From an uncultured archaeon (lineage in GTDB: Archaea > Aenigmatarchaeota > Aenigmatarchaeia > CG10238-14 > SCSR01), in NCBI GenBank assembly GCA_964423085.1, contig CAYRDB010000004.1, positions 1 through 37,192 of the forward strand: a stretch of 37,192 nt of DNA. The letters are read 5' to 3'. Shown here piece after piece: positions 8,456 through 16,188 of this stretch (position 1 is its first letter; each line of letters begins with the position of its first letter). Below the pieces are notes generated by a model. The model was not told the origin of the DNA, did not search any database, and saw only the letters and a program-made list of their open reading frames with translations. The translations under genes and the position numbers were made by a program.

Positions 8456-9787
8456 ATGAAAATAACAAACAAAGGAGCGGCATGGAACATGATACTAGGG
8501 CTTGTTCTAGCCGCTCTGATAACAGTTTCAATATTTGTAGGTCTTGGATACATAGACACAATAAAGGCGTACATATTCCAACAAATTCAGCAGACAACTT
8601 TCACAGAGGCTGTAAAGTGCTCTTACTACAGCTGCGTGTACGATTGTGATACAGCTGTGAATATGGTGAATAACAACATATTCGACTGCGACGGCTATTG
8701 CAACTCTGTTCCAGACGAGTTCAAGGAATCTGGAAAGATATGCGGATATAATTCACTAGCATATCCTGTGGAAATCGAAATAATCGAAGACCCTAATATA
8801 TATTCAAGATCTGTAGGAATGCTGGATTTTAATTGTATAGTACCAATCGAGACCTCTGAAATACTGGATTATATTACGACCCTACCACATACACCTACAT
8901 CCGATATAGACGATAGATATACTCCGGCTATGCTAGTTGAAGAGAAGTTGATAGAATTTGATGAAGATGAAATGGAAGAATGCAGCCCGTTCAATTCGAT
9001 GGCGTCACCAGCTTTCCAGTACAAATCTCCGAAATATTTTGAAATTGAAAAAGACTATTTTTACATCCAGAGTGGTGAAGGTTCAGTAGCAAAAGATATA
9101 GACATATTACCTTTGCCATTTATGGGAGATATAGGAGCCGTTCTCAGCTATGTCGTTGTCACTGAAGACCATTGGTATACAGAATTGGACCCAGAAGAGG
9201 AAAAGATAGTGGAATTAAATACATTCCAATGGACCCGAATAAAAATTAGTGATTACTCAGACGTGTTGATAAAACCAAGGTTCCGAATGCCTGAAGTACT
9301 AGACCAAACATTAGATATAATATGCCCAGGATCCGATAAACCAGATGAGTTTATAATTCCTCACACAGAACTTGTAGACTGTGAAAAAGGTTGGAAAGTA
9401 TGCAATGACCAACTTTCAATAAAATGCAGTGATGTTGGTAACCCAAAAAATAATGTGTTTATTTTTGGGAACCTATTCAAAAAAGTCACACACAAAATAA
9501 CTTTTGATATTGCCGAAGGGTCTGGAATTCTTAGAATTTACAATGTGGGTTCATGGACTAGGCCAAGATATGTAACTAAAGCAACCTCCCCTCTAGTCGT
9601 CGAATTTGAGCAAGGAGATACGATGAAAGTACTTGCTTTACCGTTAGAAGGATACAAATTCAACCAATGGTGTAATGGGGATGCCTGCTGCACTATTGGA
9701 GATGATGAATGCGACAACCCACTAGAAAGGAAGATATCAGATGACGGCTACCTGAGCGCAAAGTTCGAGCCGATATCAGGAGACTAA
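8456..9787 (+). CDS. Cys-rich minor pilin/adhesin-like protein with C-terminal InlB B-repeat (Flg_new-like) domain
   Basis: TNKG/AAWNMILGLVLAALITVSIFVGL; 16 Cys; C-terminal GDTMKVLALPLEGYKFNQW...NP......D....SAKF fits the B-repeat consensus. ATG 8456 preferred over TTG 8450. Confidence 0.75.
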   Translation: MKITNKGAAWNMILGLVLAALITVSIFVGLGYIDTIKAYIFQQIQQTTFTEAVKCSYYSCVYDCDTAVNMVNNNIFDCDGYCNSVPDEFKESGKICGYNSLAYPVEIEIIEDPNIYSRSVGMLDFNCIVPIETSEILDYITTLPHTPTSDIDDRYTPAMLVEEKLIEFDEDEMEECSPFNSMASPAFQYKSPKYFEIEKDYFYIQSGEGSVAKDIDILPLPFMGDIGAVLSYVVVTEDHWYTELDPEEEKIVELNTFQWTRIKISDYSDVLIKPRFRMPEVLDQTLDIICPGSDKPDEFIIPHTELVDCEKGWKVCNDQLSIKCSDVGNPKNNVFIFGNLFKKVTHKITFDIAEGSGILRIYNVGSWTRPRYVTKATSPLVVEFEQGDTMKVLALPLEGYKFNQWCNGDACCTIGDDECDNPLERKISDDGYLSAKFEPISGD

Positions 9788-10000
9788 CTTATAATAATAA
9801 GCAAGGAGATACGATGAAAGTACTTGCTTTACCGTTAGAAGGATACAAATTCAACCAATGGTGTAATGGGGATGCCTGCTGCACTATTGGAGATGATGAA
9901 TGCGACAACCCACTAGAAAGGAAGATATCAGATGACGGCTACCTGAGCGCAAAGTTCGAGCCGATATCAGGAGACTAACTTATAATAATAAGCAAGGAGA
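9609..10000. repeat. Exact 191-bp tandem duplication bounded by the 10-bp microhomology AGCAAGGAGA
   Basis: 9609-9799 is identical to 9800-9990, and AGCAAGGAGA recurs at 9609, 9800 and 9991. Compared base by base with no mismatch. Confidence 0.97.
9814..9978 (+). CDS. Possible 54-aa mini-ORF created by the duplication (copy of adhesin C-terminus)
   Basis: AAGGAG SD-like site, then ATG 9814 MKVLALPLEG...EPISGD*. Its existence depends on the duplication being real. Confidence 0.3.
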   Translation: MKVLALPLEGYKFNQWCNGDACCTIGDDECDNPLERKISDDGYLSAKFEPISGD

Positions 10001-10003
10001 ATT

Positions 10004-11224
10004 ATGGTTATGTTCGACCTTTATTTCTGGTCAGTTGTCGTTTTCTTTGCGTGTCTGGGAGTACTGATATACAGGGATAGGAAGAACATAGAGGTCCACA
10101 GCAAAGTAATCCTGATGAGGAGGACCAGGAGAGGTATAGACTTTATAGACAGACTGGCCAAAGCCGGCCCAAAGTTCTGGAAAGTTGCGTCCACTATAGG
10201 CGTAATAGCGGCATTCGCCGTGATGGGGTACGGCATATATATAATACTTCTTTCAACAGGCATGGTCCTAGACCAGGTAATAACCGTGCCCGCAATGCAG
10301 TTCATACTCCCGATACCCCAGTCCACTCCCATCAACGGAACAGGATTCATAGGGGTGCCTTTCTGGTTCTGGATACTTCTCGTGCCTTTCGTCATGTTCC
10401 CGCACGAGTTCGCCCACGGGGTGATAACCAGAATCAGCAATATCAAGGTCAAGGCTGTCGGTCTTCTGCAGATGCTGATATTCTCAGGCGCGTTCGTGGA
10501 GCCTGACGAAAAGAAAGTTAAAAAATCAAGCCTCATCACCAAGCTCAGGATTTTCAGCGCCGGATCAATAGCAAACCTTTCAATAGCATTTGTAATAATC
10601 GCACTCGCCCAGTTCGCGCTCTGGCCAGCAATCATGCCTAGCGGAATAATGATAACAAGCGTCGCCCCAGGGAGCGGAGCGGATTTGGCCGGGCTTCAAG
10701 AAGGGATGGTGATACAGTCTCTAGGAGGGATGCAGACAAACGTGGACTATGCGCTGTTCTCGGACAGCTACGCATACATGCTTTTCAACGGATACAATTC
10801 AACTGATATCAGCACCTTCTCTTCCGGTATTTACATGATATACACTCTTTCCTCATTCGAGCCAGGACAGACCATTGAGGTGCATGCTGACGGGAACATA
10901 TACGATGTCACCCTTTCAGATAGGCCGGACAATTCATCTCTGCCATACATGGGGGTAACTTCATCTATGGTTTCTAACAACGGGTTCCTTGTGGAGTTCT
11001 TCTTCCCGCTCGTTTGGTGGCTCACCACTCTGAGCATTTTCATAGCGATATTCAACCTGCTTCCGATATACCCGCTGGATGGCGGTCTGATGCTGGAGGC
11101 CCTGTGCATGAAAGCAAGCAAAAAGCACTATAAAACCATAGTAAAGGCCGTGGCATTCATAGCAATAGGAGTTCTAGTGTTCAACTTTATAGGACCTGGC
11201 ATAATAGGCATGATTGCAGGATGA
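10004..11224 (+). CDS. Site-2 protease (peptidase M50) with PDZ-like domain
   Basis: HEFAH zinc motif, GAFVEPDE, IFSAGSIAN, NLLPIYPLDGG; PDZ-like GIMITSVAPGSGADLAGLQEGMVI. Confidence 0.95.
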   Translation: MVMFDLYFWSVVVFFACLGVLIYRDRKNIEVHSKVILMRRTRRGIDFIDRLAKAGPKFWKVASTIGVIAAFAVMGYGIYIILLSTGMVLDQVITVPAMQFILPIPQSTPINGTGFIGVPFWFWILLVPFVMFPHEFAHGVITRISNIKVKAVGLLQMLIFSGAFVEPDEKKVKKSSLITKLRIFSAGSIANLSIAFVIIALAQFALWPAIMPSGIMITSVAPGSGADLAGLQEGMVIQSLGGMQTNVDYALFSDSYAYMLFNGYNSTDISTFSSGIYMIYTLSSFEPGQTIEVHADGNIYDVTLSDRPDNSSLPYMGVTSSMVSNNGFLVEFFFPLVWWLTTLSIFIAIFNLLPIYPLDGGLMLEALCMKASKKHYKTIVKAVAFIAIGVLVFNFIGPGIIGMIAG

Positions 11225-11230
11225 TAGAAA

Positions 11231-11782
11231 CTAGAGCATCTCAGTCTTCCTTATCTCAAAGCTCCTTATCGGGTATATCTTCCTAGCTTCCTTCAGAACT
11301 GCAGATTTTATCTTGTCTGATATTATACCCTCTATAAGCCCTTCAAGGGTCTCTTTCTCCACTTCCCTTTTTATCGTGTCCCTTATCGAGTTTCTTATGT
11401 TTCCCTTTATGCTGCTCTTGACTCTGCTCCTTATCACTCCGAGGCCCTTCACCCTCACCTTAACGCCATCCTTTGTGGTAAGGTCCTGGACTGTGTCCAC
11501 CCTTCTGGAATATTTCAGAACCATCCTTGTGATATAGTCGCTGAGGCACTGCGAGCCGTCGAACTCCGTATAGGCGTTGTTTTCGTCAACCGACACTACC
11601 TTGAAGCTGAACTTTATGTAGTATTTTTTGAAGTCGTTTATAAGTGACATCAGGCTCACATTAACTTTCCTGTTGATTAGAGTGTCTGGATCGTTGGTTG
11701 AAGTGTGGCCTATCTCAACCTTCCCGAACATTTCCGGAGCCAGTATATTGTACCACTTTTTTACCTTGCTTTTCTTCGCCAA
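11231..11782 (-). CDS. rps3ae: 30S ribosomal protein S3Ae (eS1)
   Basis: KKWYNILAPEMFG...KIYPIRSFEIRKTE. Start reassigned to TTG 11782 because an AGGTGA SD lies 5 nt upstream. Confidence 0.95.
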   Translation of the reverse strand: MAKKSKVKKWYNILAPEMFGKVEIGHTSTNDPDTLINRKVNVSLMSLINDFKKYYIKFSFKVVSVDENNAYTEFDGSQCLSDYITRMVLKYSRRVDTVQDLTTKDGVKVRVKGLGVIRSRVKSSIKGNIRNSIRDTIKREVEKETLEGLIEGIISDKIKSAVLKEARKIYPIRSFEIRKTEML

Positions 11783-11900
11783 TCTCTTCACCTTACATTT
11801 CTTACCATTTTACATGTTTTTGAATTTAACCCCGAACCCGGGGCGGTTTTTCATTGTAAATAATGGGAATGTTAATCTTATATTTGTCTGCTATCGCTAT

Positions 11901-13280
11901 TTAACCCTTTGAAATAGCCTCACCAAAACTGTCTTCAAGCGCCTTGATGAACTCTGCCTTTTTGTCGCACTCGATGAGAGCGCCGGCAGCGAACCTGTGC
12001 CCTCCGGCTTCGCCACCCACAGCACGCGCGGCGTCCACAACAATGTCCCTAAGGTTTATGTCCAAATCGCGCGATATCCTAGCAGAGACCTTGTAATTTC
12101 CTTGCCCGTCTTCGGATAGGCCTACAACAACCCTTCCCGGATTCACCATCCCCGAGCTCAGCGCTATGGATGAAACCGTTCCTATGACAGTGTCAGGTAT
12201 CCTCTTGCCACCCTCTATAAGAGCCACTTTACCGTTGTCCGTGAAATTGCCATCCCTTATCCAATTAAGACCCTTGCTTATCATGAGCTTGTAGTTCTTC
12301 ATAATATCCCACGACTCCTGTATTGCAGTGAGGTCGTTCAGGCAAAGCTTTATGGCAGTCCCATAATTTCCAGTCCTGCCGCACGCGTTAAGCAGCGTGG
12401 CGAACTCCCTCACATCCTGAAGCTCCTTCGGCCTTCCAACCAAGGTATATATCTCGCCGAAAACATCCTCTGCGTCGCTCTGACCGTTCTTCAGCCTCTC
12501 CATTATTATCGCAGTAGCCAGCTTCCTGTTCTCGTCCTCTGTAAGATCCTTTAGCTTTCTCCACCTTTCACCGTCCTTTATGTCTATTCCGAGCTCGGAA
12601 AGGAACTGAACTGAATTTGATTCCGAACCGGTCACCCCGGGTATAACAGTCTCGGACGAATACTGCAAAGAGCGGAATATAGGACGACTGTTCCTTCCGT
12701 ACAAGCGCAGTCCCTTCGCAATTGAGACTTTACCCAATGTCTCGGCTTCCTCAAGGACCTTCCTGCCAAGCCCTTTCAGCTCCCATTTTTCATCCATTAA
12801 ATCTCCTATTGCGCCAACCACGGCCAGGTCTATTAAATCGTTGTTTCTGGGATCCAGCGCCTTTGCGAATAGGTAGCACACCATGGACGCTGATATTTCC
12901 TCTTCTCCTAAGACTAGAGGATTTATATGAAACAAGTTCATGTTCTCATGTCTGACAGGATCGTGATGATCCAATATCAGAACCTGAGTTTTTTCAAGTA
13001 TGTGTTTGAGCTCGTTTATCTGACCGCTCCCCAAATCGGAAAGGACGAGCAGCTCAGACTCCGAAACATCCAGATTTCCTATCTCATAGTCTGTGAGCTG
13101 CTTGACTATGCGGAACTCGAAGCTTGCGCCCGCGCGTGTGAGCGCTCTAACCAGTATCGAGGCCGAGCACAGTCCGTCGGCGTCGTGGTGAGACACGACT
13201 TTCACATGCTTCTCCTTTATCAGCGCTTTCACTATGGACGCTATCTTCTCTATTTCGTCGAAAAACAAGTCTTCTTCCAA
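11901..13280 (-). CDS. RecJ/Cdc45-like DHH-DHHA1 nuclease (GAN)
   Basis: HHDADG, DLGSG, LDHH, C-terminal GGH; conserved archaeal position between rps15 and rps3ae. Confidence 0.9.
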   Translation of the reverse strand: MEEDLFFDEIEKIASIVKALIKEKHVKVVSHHDADGLCSASILVRALTRAGASFEFRIVKQLTDYEIGNLDVSESELLVLSDLGSGQINELKHILEKTQVLILDHHDPVRHENMNLFHINPLVLGEEEISASMVCYLFAKALDPRNNDLIDLAVVGAIGDLMDEKWELKGLGRKVLEEAETLGKVSIAKGLRLYGRNSRPIFRSLQYSSETVIPGVTGSESNSVQFLSELGIDIKDGERWRKLKDLTEDENRKLATAIIMERLKNGQSDAEDVFGEIYTLVGRPKELQDVREFATLLNACGRTGNYGTAIKLCLNDLTAIQESWDIMKNYKLMISKGLNWIRDGNFTDNGKVALIEGGKRIPDTVIGTVSSIALSSGMVNPGRVVVGLSEDGQGNYKVSARISRDLDINLRDIVVDAARAVGGEAGGHRFAAGALIECDKKAEFIKALEDSFGEAISKG

Positions 13281-13344
13281 GTTTACCAGATGAACTATTG
13301 TCCTGTTAGAATTTTAAAAGCGAGGTAGCAGAGTTCCGATGCGG

Positions 13345-13803
13345 CTACTTTTGCACTATGAGCTTCGCTTCCTCATAAGAGTACTTCCATCCGGTCGGCA
13401 TCTCGCCCTTCCTGACGTAGTACTTGCCCAGCCTTCTGATTTTAGACTCCAAGTTCTCCAGACCTTTTTTGGAGTGCTTGTCCTGCTTGTTGGCATCCAT
13501 ATGCTCTCTTAGGAGAACTGCCTTCTTCAACAAACTCAACATGTCTTCGGGGAGCTTTGGATATACCTTGTTTTCCTTCATTATCTGGCCGACTTTCTTC
13601 TTGGTCGCGACCTTCACGTCAGGAACACCGTATTTGTCCCTTAGTATAAGGCCTATCTGTGCGGAAGTCTTCCTCTCATTCGCCAGCTTGACTACCAGCT
13701 CCTCTATTTCCTTCTTCTTTACAGGGGTCCATTTTTTAGCAGCCTTCACAGCGGGCTTTTTGCTCCCGTGGCTCCCTTTTTTTCCTGAATATATCCTTGC
13801 CAT
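13345..13803 (-). CDS. rps15: 30S ribosomal protein S15 (uS15)
   Basis: MARIYSGKKGSHGS, IGLILRDKYGVPDV, ESKIRRLGKYY. Confidence 0.97.
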   Translation of the reverse strand: MARIYSGKKGSHGSKKPAVKAAKKWTPVKKKEIEELVVKLANERKTSAQIGLILRDKYGVPDVKVATKKKVGQIMKENKVYPKLPEDMLSLLKKAVLLREHMDANKQDKHSKKGLENLESKIRRLGKYYVRKGEMPTGWKYSYEEAKLIVQK

Positions 13804-13807
13804 TTAA

Positions 13808-14050
13808 TCACTTGCCAAAAATGTCTCTTGCCAACCATGCGAACACAAGCAATGCCGCTGAAGCGAAAGCGACTATCGCGCCGGCCATGCATGTTATCGC
13901 CGATATTCCCGCAGGGTTAAATGCGCTCATCGCCACTCCTAAGCCGAACAAAAGCGCGCCCCCAACCACTCCGAGCATGGAGTAGTTCTCCGCGGCTTCG
14001 TACCTGCTTTTACCTTTCAGGTTCTTTAGCTTTTGGAACACGCTTGGCAT
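13808..14050 (-). CDS. Small two-TM hypothetical membrane protein
   Basis: 80 aa; basic N-terminus and two hydrophobic helices; fills the gap between bud32 and rps15 and overlaps bud32 by 41 nt. Confidence 0.65.
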   Translation of the reverse strand: MPSVFQKLKNLKGKSRYEAAENYSMLGVVGGALLFGLGVAMSAFNPAGISAITCMAGAIVAFASAALLVFAWLARDIFGK

Positions 14051-14663
14051 ATCTTGTTCTACCTTCTATTTCATCTATCTTGTTTATTACTTTTTCCGCA
14101 TCCTTATATTCTTTCCTATAGCCGATTAGAATATTAAGCCAGCAAAGTTTTAATATGTTGTAGTGGGCAGCCTTTATGGCGTCTCGCAGAACCCTTATGT
14201 CAACGCCCTTGTCCTCCAATCTTTTAGAATAGAACCCCAGCCCGAAGTCTATAAAGTAAATCCTACCGTCATCGGATTTTATGATGTTTGATGTGGTCAT
14301 ATCCCCGTGTATGATGTTGGCTGCATGGAGCTTTCCCAACGACTCGCCTATACTTCGGCAGACATCCTCTATCTCACAATTTTTAGAATTAGAAAACAGT
14401 TCCTTCACGCTCTTACCCTTGATAAACTCCATGGTTATCCGATATTCAGATATTTCCAGAACTTGCGGAGTGTTAACACCGACAGATCTGGCGTCTGCCA
14501 AAAGCTTAGACTCGTGGGTCGTGCGCTCCTTCCTGAGCTTCTCGTCTATCTGGGGTATCCTGTACCCTTTCTTTACCCTTTCCTTCACAAGCACGGTCTG
14601 GCCGTCCAGCTCGTCCAAGTACAGTATTGCTTCAGCCCCACGATTTATTATCTGCTTTTCCAT
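14010..14663 (-). CDS. bud32: KEOPS complex kinase/ATPase Bud32
   Basis: RGAEA, KERVKKGYR, HGDMTTSN, IDFGL; stand-alone, not fused to Kae1. Confidence 0.93.
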   Translation of the reverse strand: MEKQIINRGAEAILYLDELDGQTVLVKERVKKGYRIPQIDEKLRKERTTHESKLLADARSVGVNTPQVLEISEYRITMEFIKGKSVKELFSNSKNCEIEDVCRSIGESLGKLHAANIIHGDMTTSNIIKSDDGRIYFIDFGLGFYSKRLEDKGVDIRVLRDAIKAAHYNILKLCWLNILIGYRKEYKDAEKVINKIDEIEGRTRYAKRVPKAKEPER

Positions 14664-14683
14664 GAGAATGATTTGAACAGGGG

Positions 14684-14695
14684 AATTTTTAAATT
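14684..14695. promoter_or_regulatory. Candidate bidirectional TATA box AATTTTTAAATT
   Basis: Near-palindromic; 21-32 nt from the bud32 ATG and 23-34 nt from the zinc-ribbon ATG. Confidence 0.45.
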
Positions 14696-14717
14696 GTCAC
14701 AAGTTTAAGATTGATGA

Positions 14718-14855
14718 ATGGTTTGGGGATACGCTTACATAAAATGCGACCGGTGCGGAAACAGGCTGAAGATACTGCTCGGCCAGAAAACTAGGACGTG
14801 CCCATACTGCGGCAAGAGCGTGAGAACCGAAGGAAAACCCAAGGAAAGCGCCTAA
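14718..14855 (+). CDS. 45-aa zinc-ribbon microprotein (DUF1922-like; not in ORF track)
   Basis: Own translation: MVWGYAYIKCDRCGNRLKILLGQKTRTCPYCGKSVRTEGKPKESA*. CxxC-x14-CxxC; its stop overlaps the convergent permease stop. Confidence 0.8.
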   Translation: MVWGYAYIKCDRCGNRLKILLGQKTRTCPYCGKSVRTEGKPKESA

Positions 14856-16138
14856 CGGCCTCGCCTTTTCTCATAAAGCGTATATAGCAAGACGCTCACC
14901 ACTACCATTAAAGCGCTGACAATAAGCGACTCTACGCTGAGGTGCGAAAGCAGCAACAGGGAGGAAAGCAAGCCGAAAAGCGGTATTAGCGGGAACTTGC
15001 CTATGTTGAGAGGCGTCTTGAACCTTCTTTTAAGATTCGGCATCCTGTATCTAAGAACAATGGCTGAAATATTTACTGAAATGAATATCAGGAACACCCC
15101 GAAATCGGTTATGCTCGCCACAGTTTTTATGTCGCCTATCATCACGAAAGCCAAAGACGCTGCCATTACCACCAGCAAAGCCACCCAAGGCGCTCCTGTC
15201 TTTGCGCTCACTCTGCAAAGGACCTTTGGCATGCTGCTGTCCCTGCTCATCCCGTAAATCGCCCTGGACGCCACTATGAAAGATATCAGCACGGTGTTAG
15301 CTGTGGCAAAAAGGGCTATGACAGACATCATTGTAAACGAGTTTCCGCCGAGTACAGCTGAAGCTGCGTCGGAAAGAGGAGCTGTGCTGCATCCCAAATC
15401 CTCCCAATTCATAAGGCTTACCACTGAAACTGAGACAAGAATGTAGAGAACGGTCGTGATTATAACAGAAGCTATCAAAGCTATCGGAACATTCCTGCGC
15501 GGGTTCTTGACTTCCTCAGTTATGTTGGCCAGTTCCTCGAAGCCTATGTATGCGAAAAATATCAGGGCAGCCGCGCTTATTATGCCTGTTATCCCAGAAG
15601 GGGTTTCGAAATAGTTGACAGATCCTACCGATCCTGAAAAGAATGCTATGCATATTATTATTACCAGACCCGCTATCTCGACTGCGGTGAAAATTATGTT
15701 CATTTTGCTCGACTTGGATATTCCCATCATGTTGATCGCGGTCAGCAAAACTATCAGGCCAAGCGCTGCGGGTATCATCGGAATGCCTAAAAGCGACTGC
15801 ATGTAGCCTCCGAATCCTAGGGACACTGTGGACGCGGATATTATGCTGACAGCGACCGTGAAGAAGCCTATCACAAAAGCCAGCGTCTTCCTGTTGAAAG
15901 CCTTCTTGACATATACATACTCGGCCGCCGCTTTTGGAAATACCGAAACCAGCTCCATGTAGCTCATGCCTGTGAATGAGCTCACTATCGCAGCAAGAAG
16001 AAAAGACGCCCAAACCGCATTTCCTGCTATTCCAGCAGCCTCGCCAACCAAAGCATATATTCCAGCACCGAGAATTATGCCAACTCCGTATATAATTGCG
16101 CTGAAAAGGCTTATCTCACGCTTTAGCCTGGATGCCAT
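14852..16138 (-). CDS. APC family amino acid permease
   Basis: GVGIILGAGIY, FFAYIGFE, EEVKNPRRNVP; about 12 TM. Confidence 0.92.
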   Translation of the reverse strand: MASRLKREISLFSAIIYGVGIILGAGIYALVGEAAGIAGNAVWASFLLAAIVSSFTGMSYMELVSVFPKAAAEYVYVKKAFNRKTLAFVIGFFTVAVSIISASTVSLGFGGYMQSLLGIPMIPAALGLIVLLTAINMMGISKSSKMNIIFTAVEIAGLVIIICIAFFSGSVGSVNYFETPSGITGIISAAALIFFAYIGFEELANITEEVKNPRRNVPIALIASVIITTVLYILVSVSVVSLMNWEDLGCSTAPLSDAASAVLGGNSFTMMSVIALFATANTVLISFIVASRAIYGMSRDSSMPKVLCRVSAKTGAPWVALLVVMAASLAFVMIGDIKTVASITDFGVFLIFISVNISAIVLRYRMPNLKRRFKTPLNIGKFPLIPLFGLLSSLLLLSHLSVESLIVSALMVVVSVLLYTLYEKRRGR

Positions 16139-16188
16139 AATATGTTCTTTGATTTTTATTGGTTAAATTATAATTATCCAGATTTTTA

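Noticed and set aside
3087-9787. Archaellum operon
   Set aside because: No ArlH, ArlF/G or archaellin-type N-terminus (GxxxLIVFIA) seen.
9609-10000. Diversity-generating retroelement VR/TR pair
   Set aside because: The position at a gene 3' end is suggestive, but the copies are identical with no adenine-specific mismatches and no reverse transcriptase or Avd is in the window.
11830-11845. tRNA fragment (CCCGGGTTCG on the minus strand resembles a T-arm)
   Set aside because: No downstream AATCCC, acceptor stem or cloverleaf.
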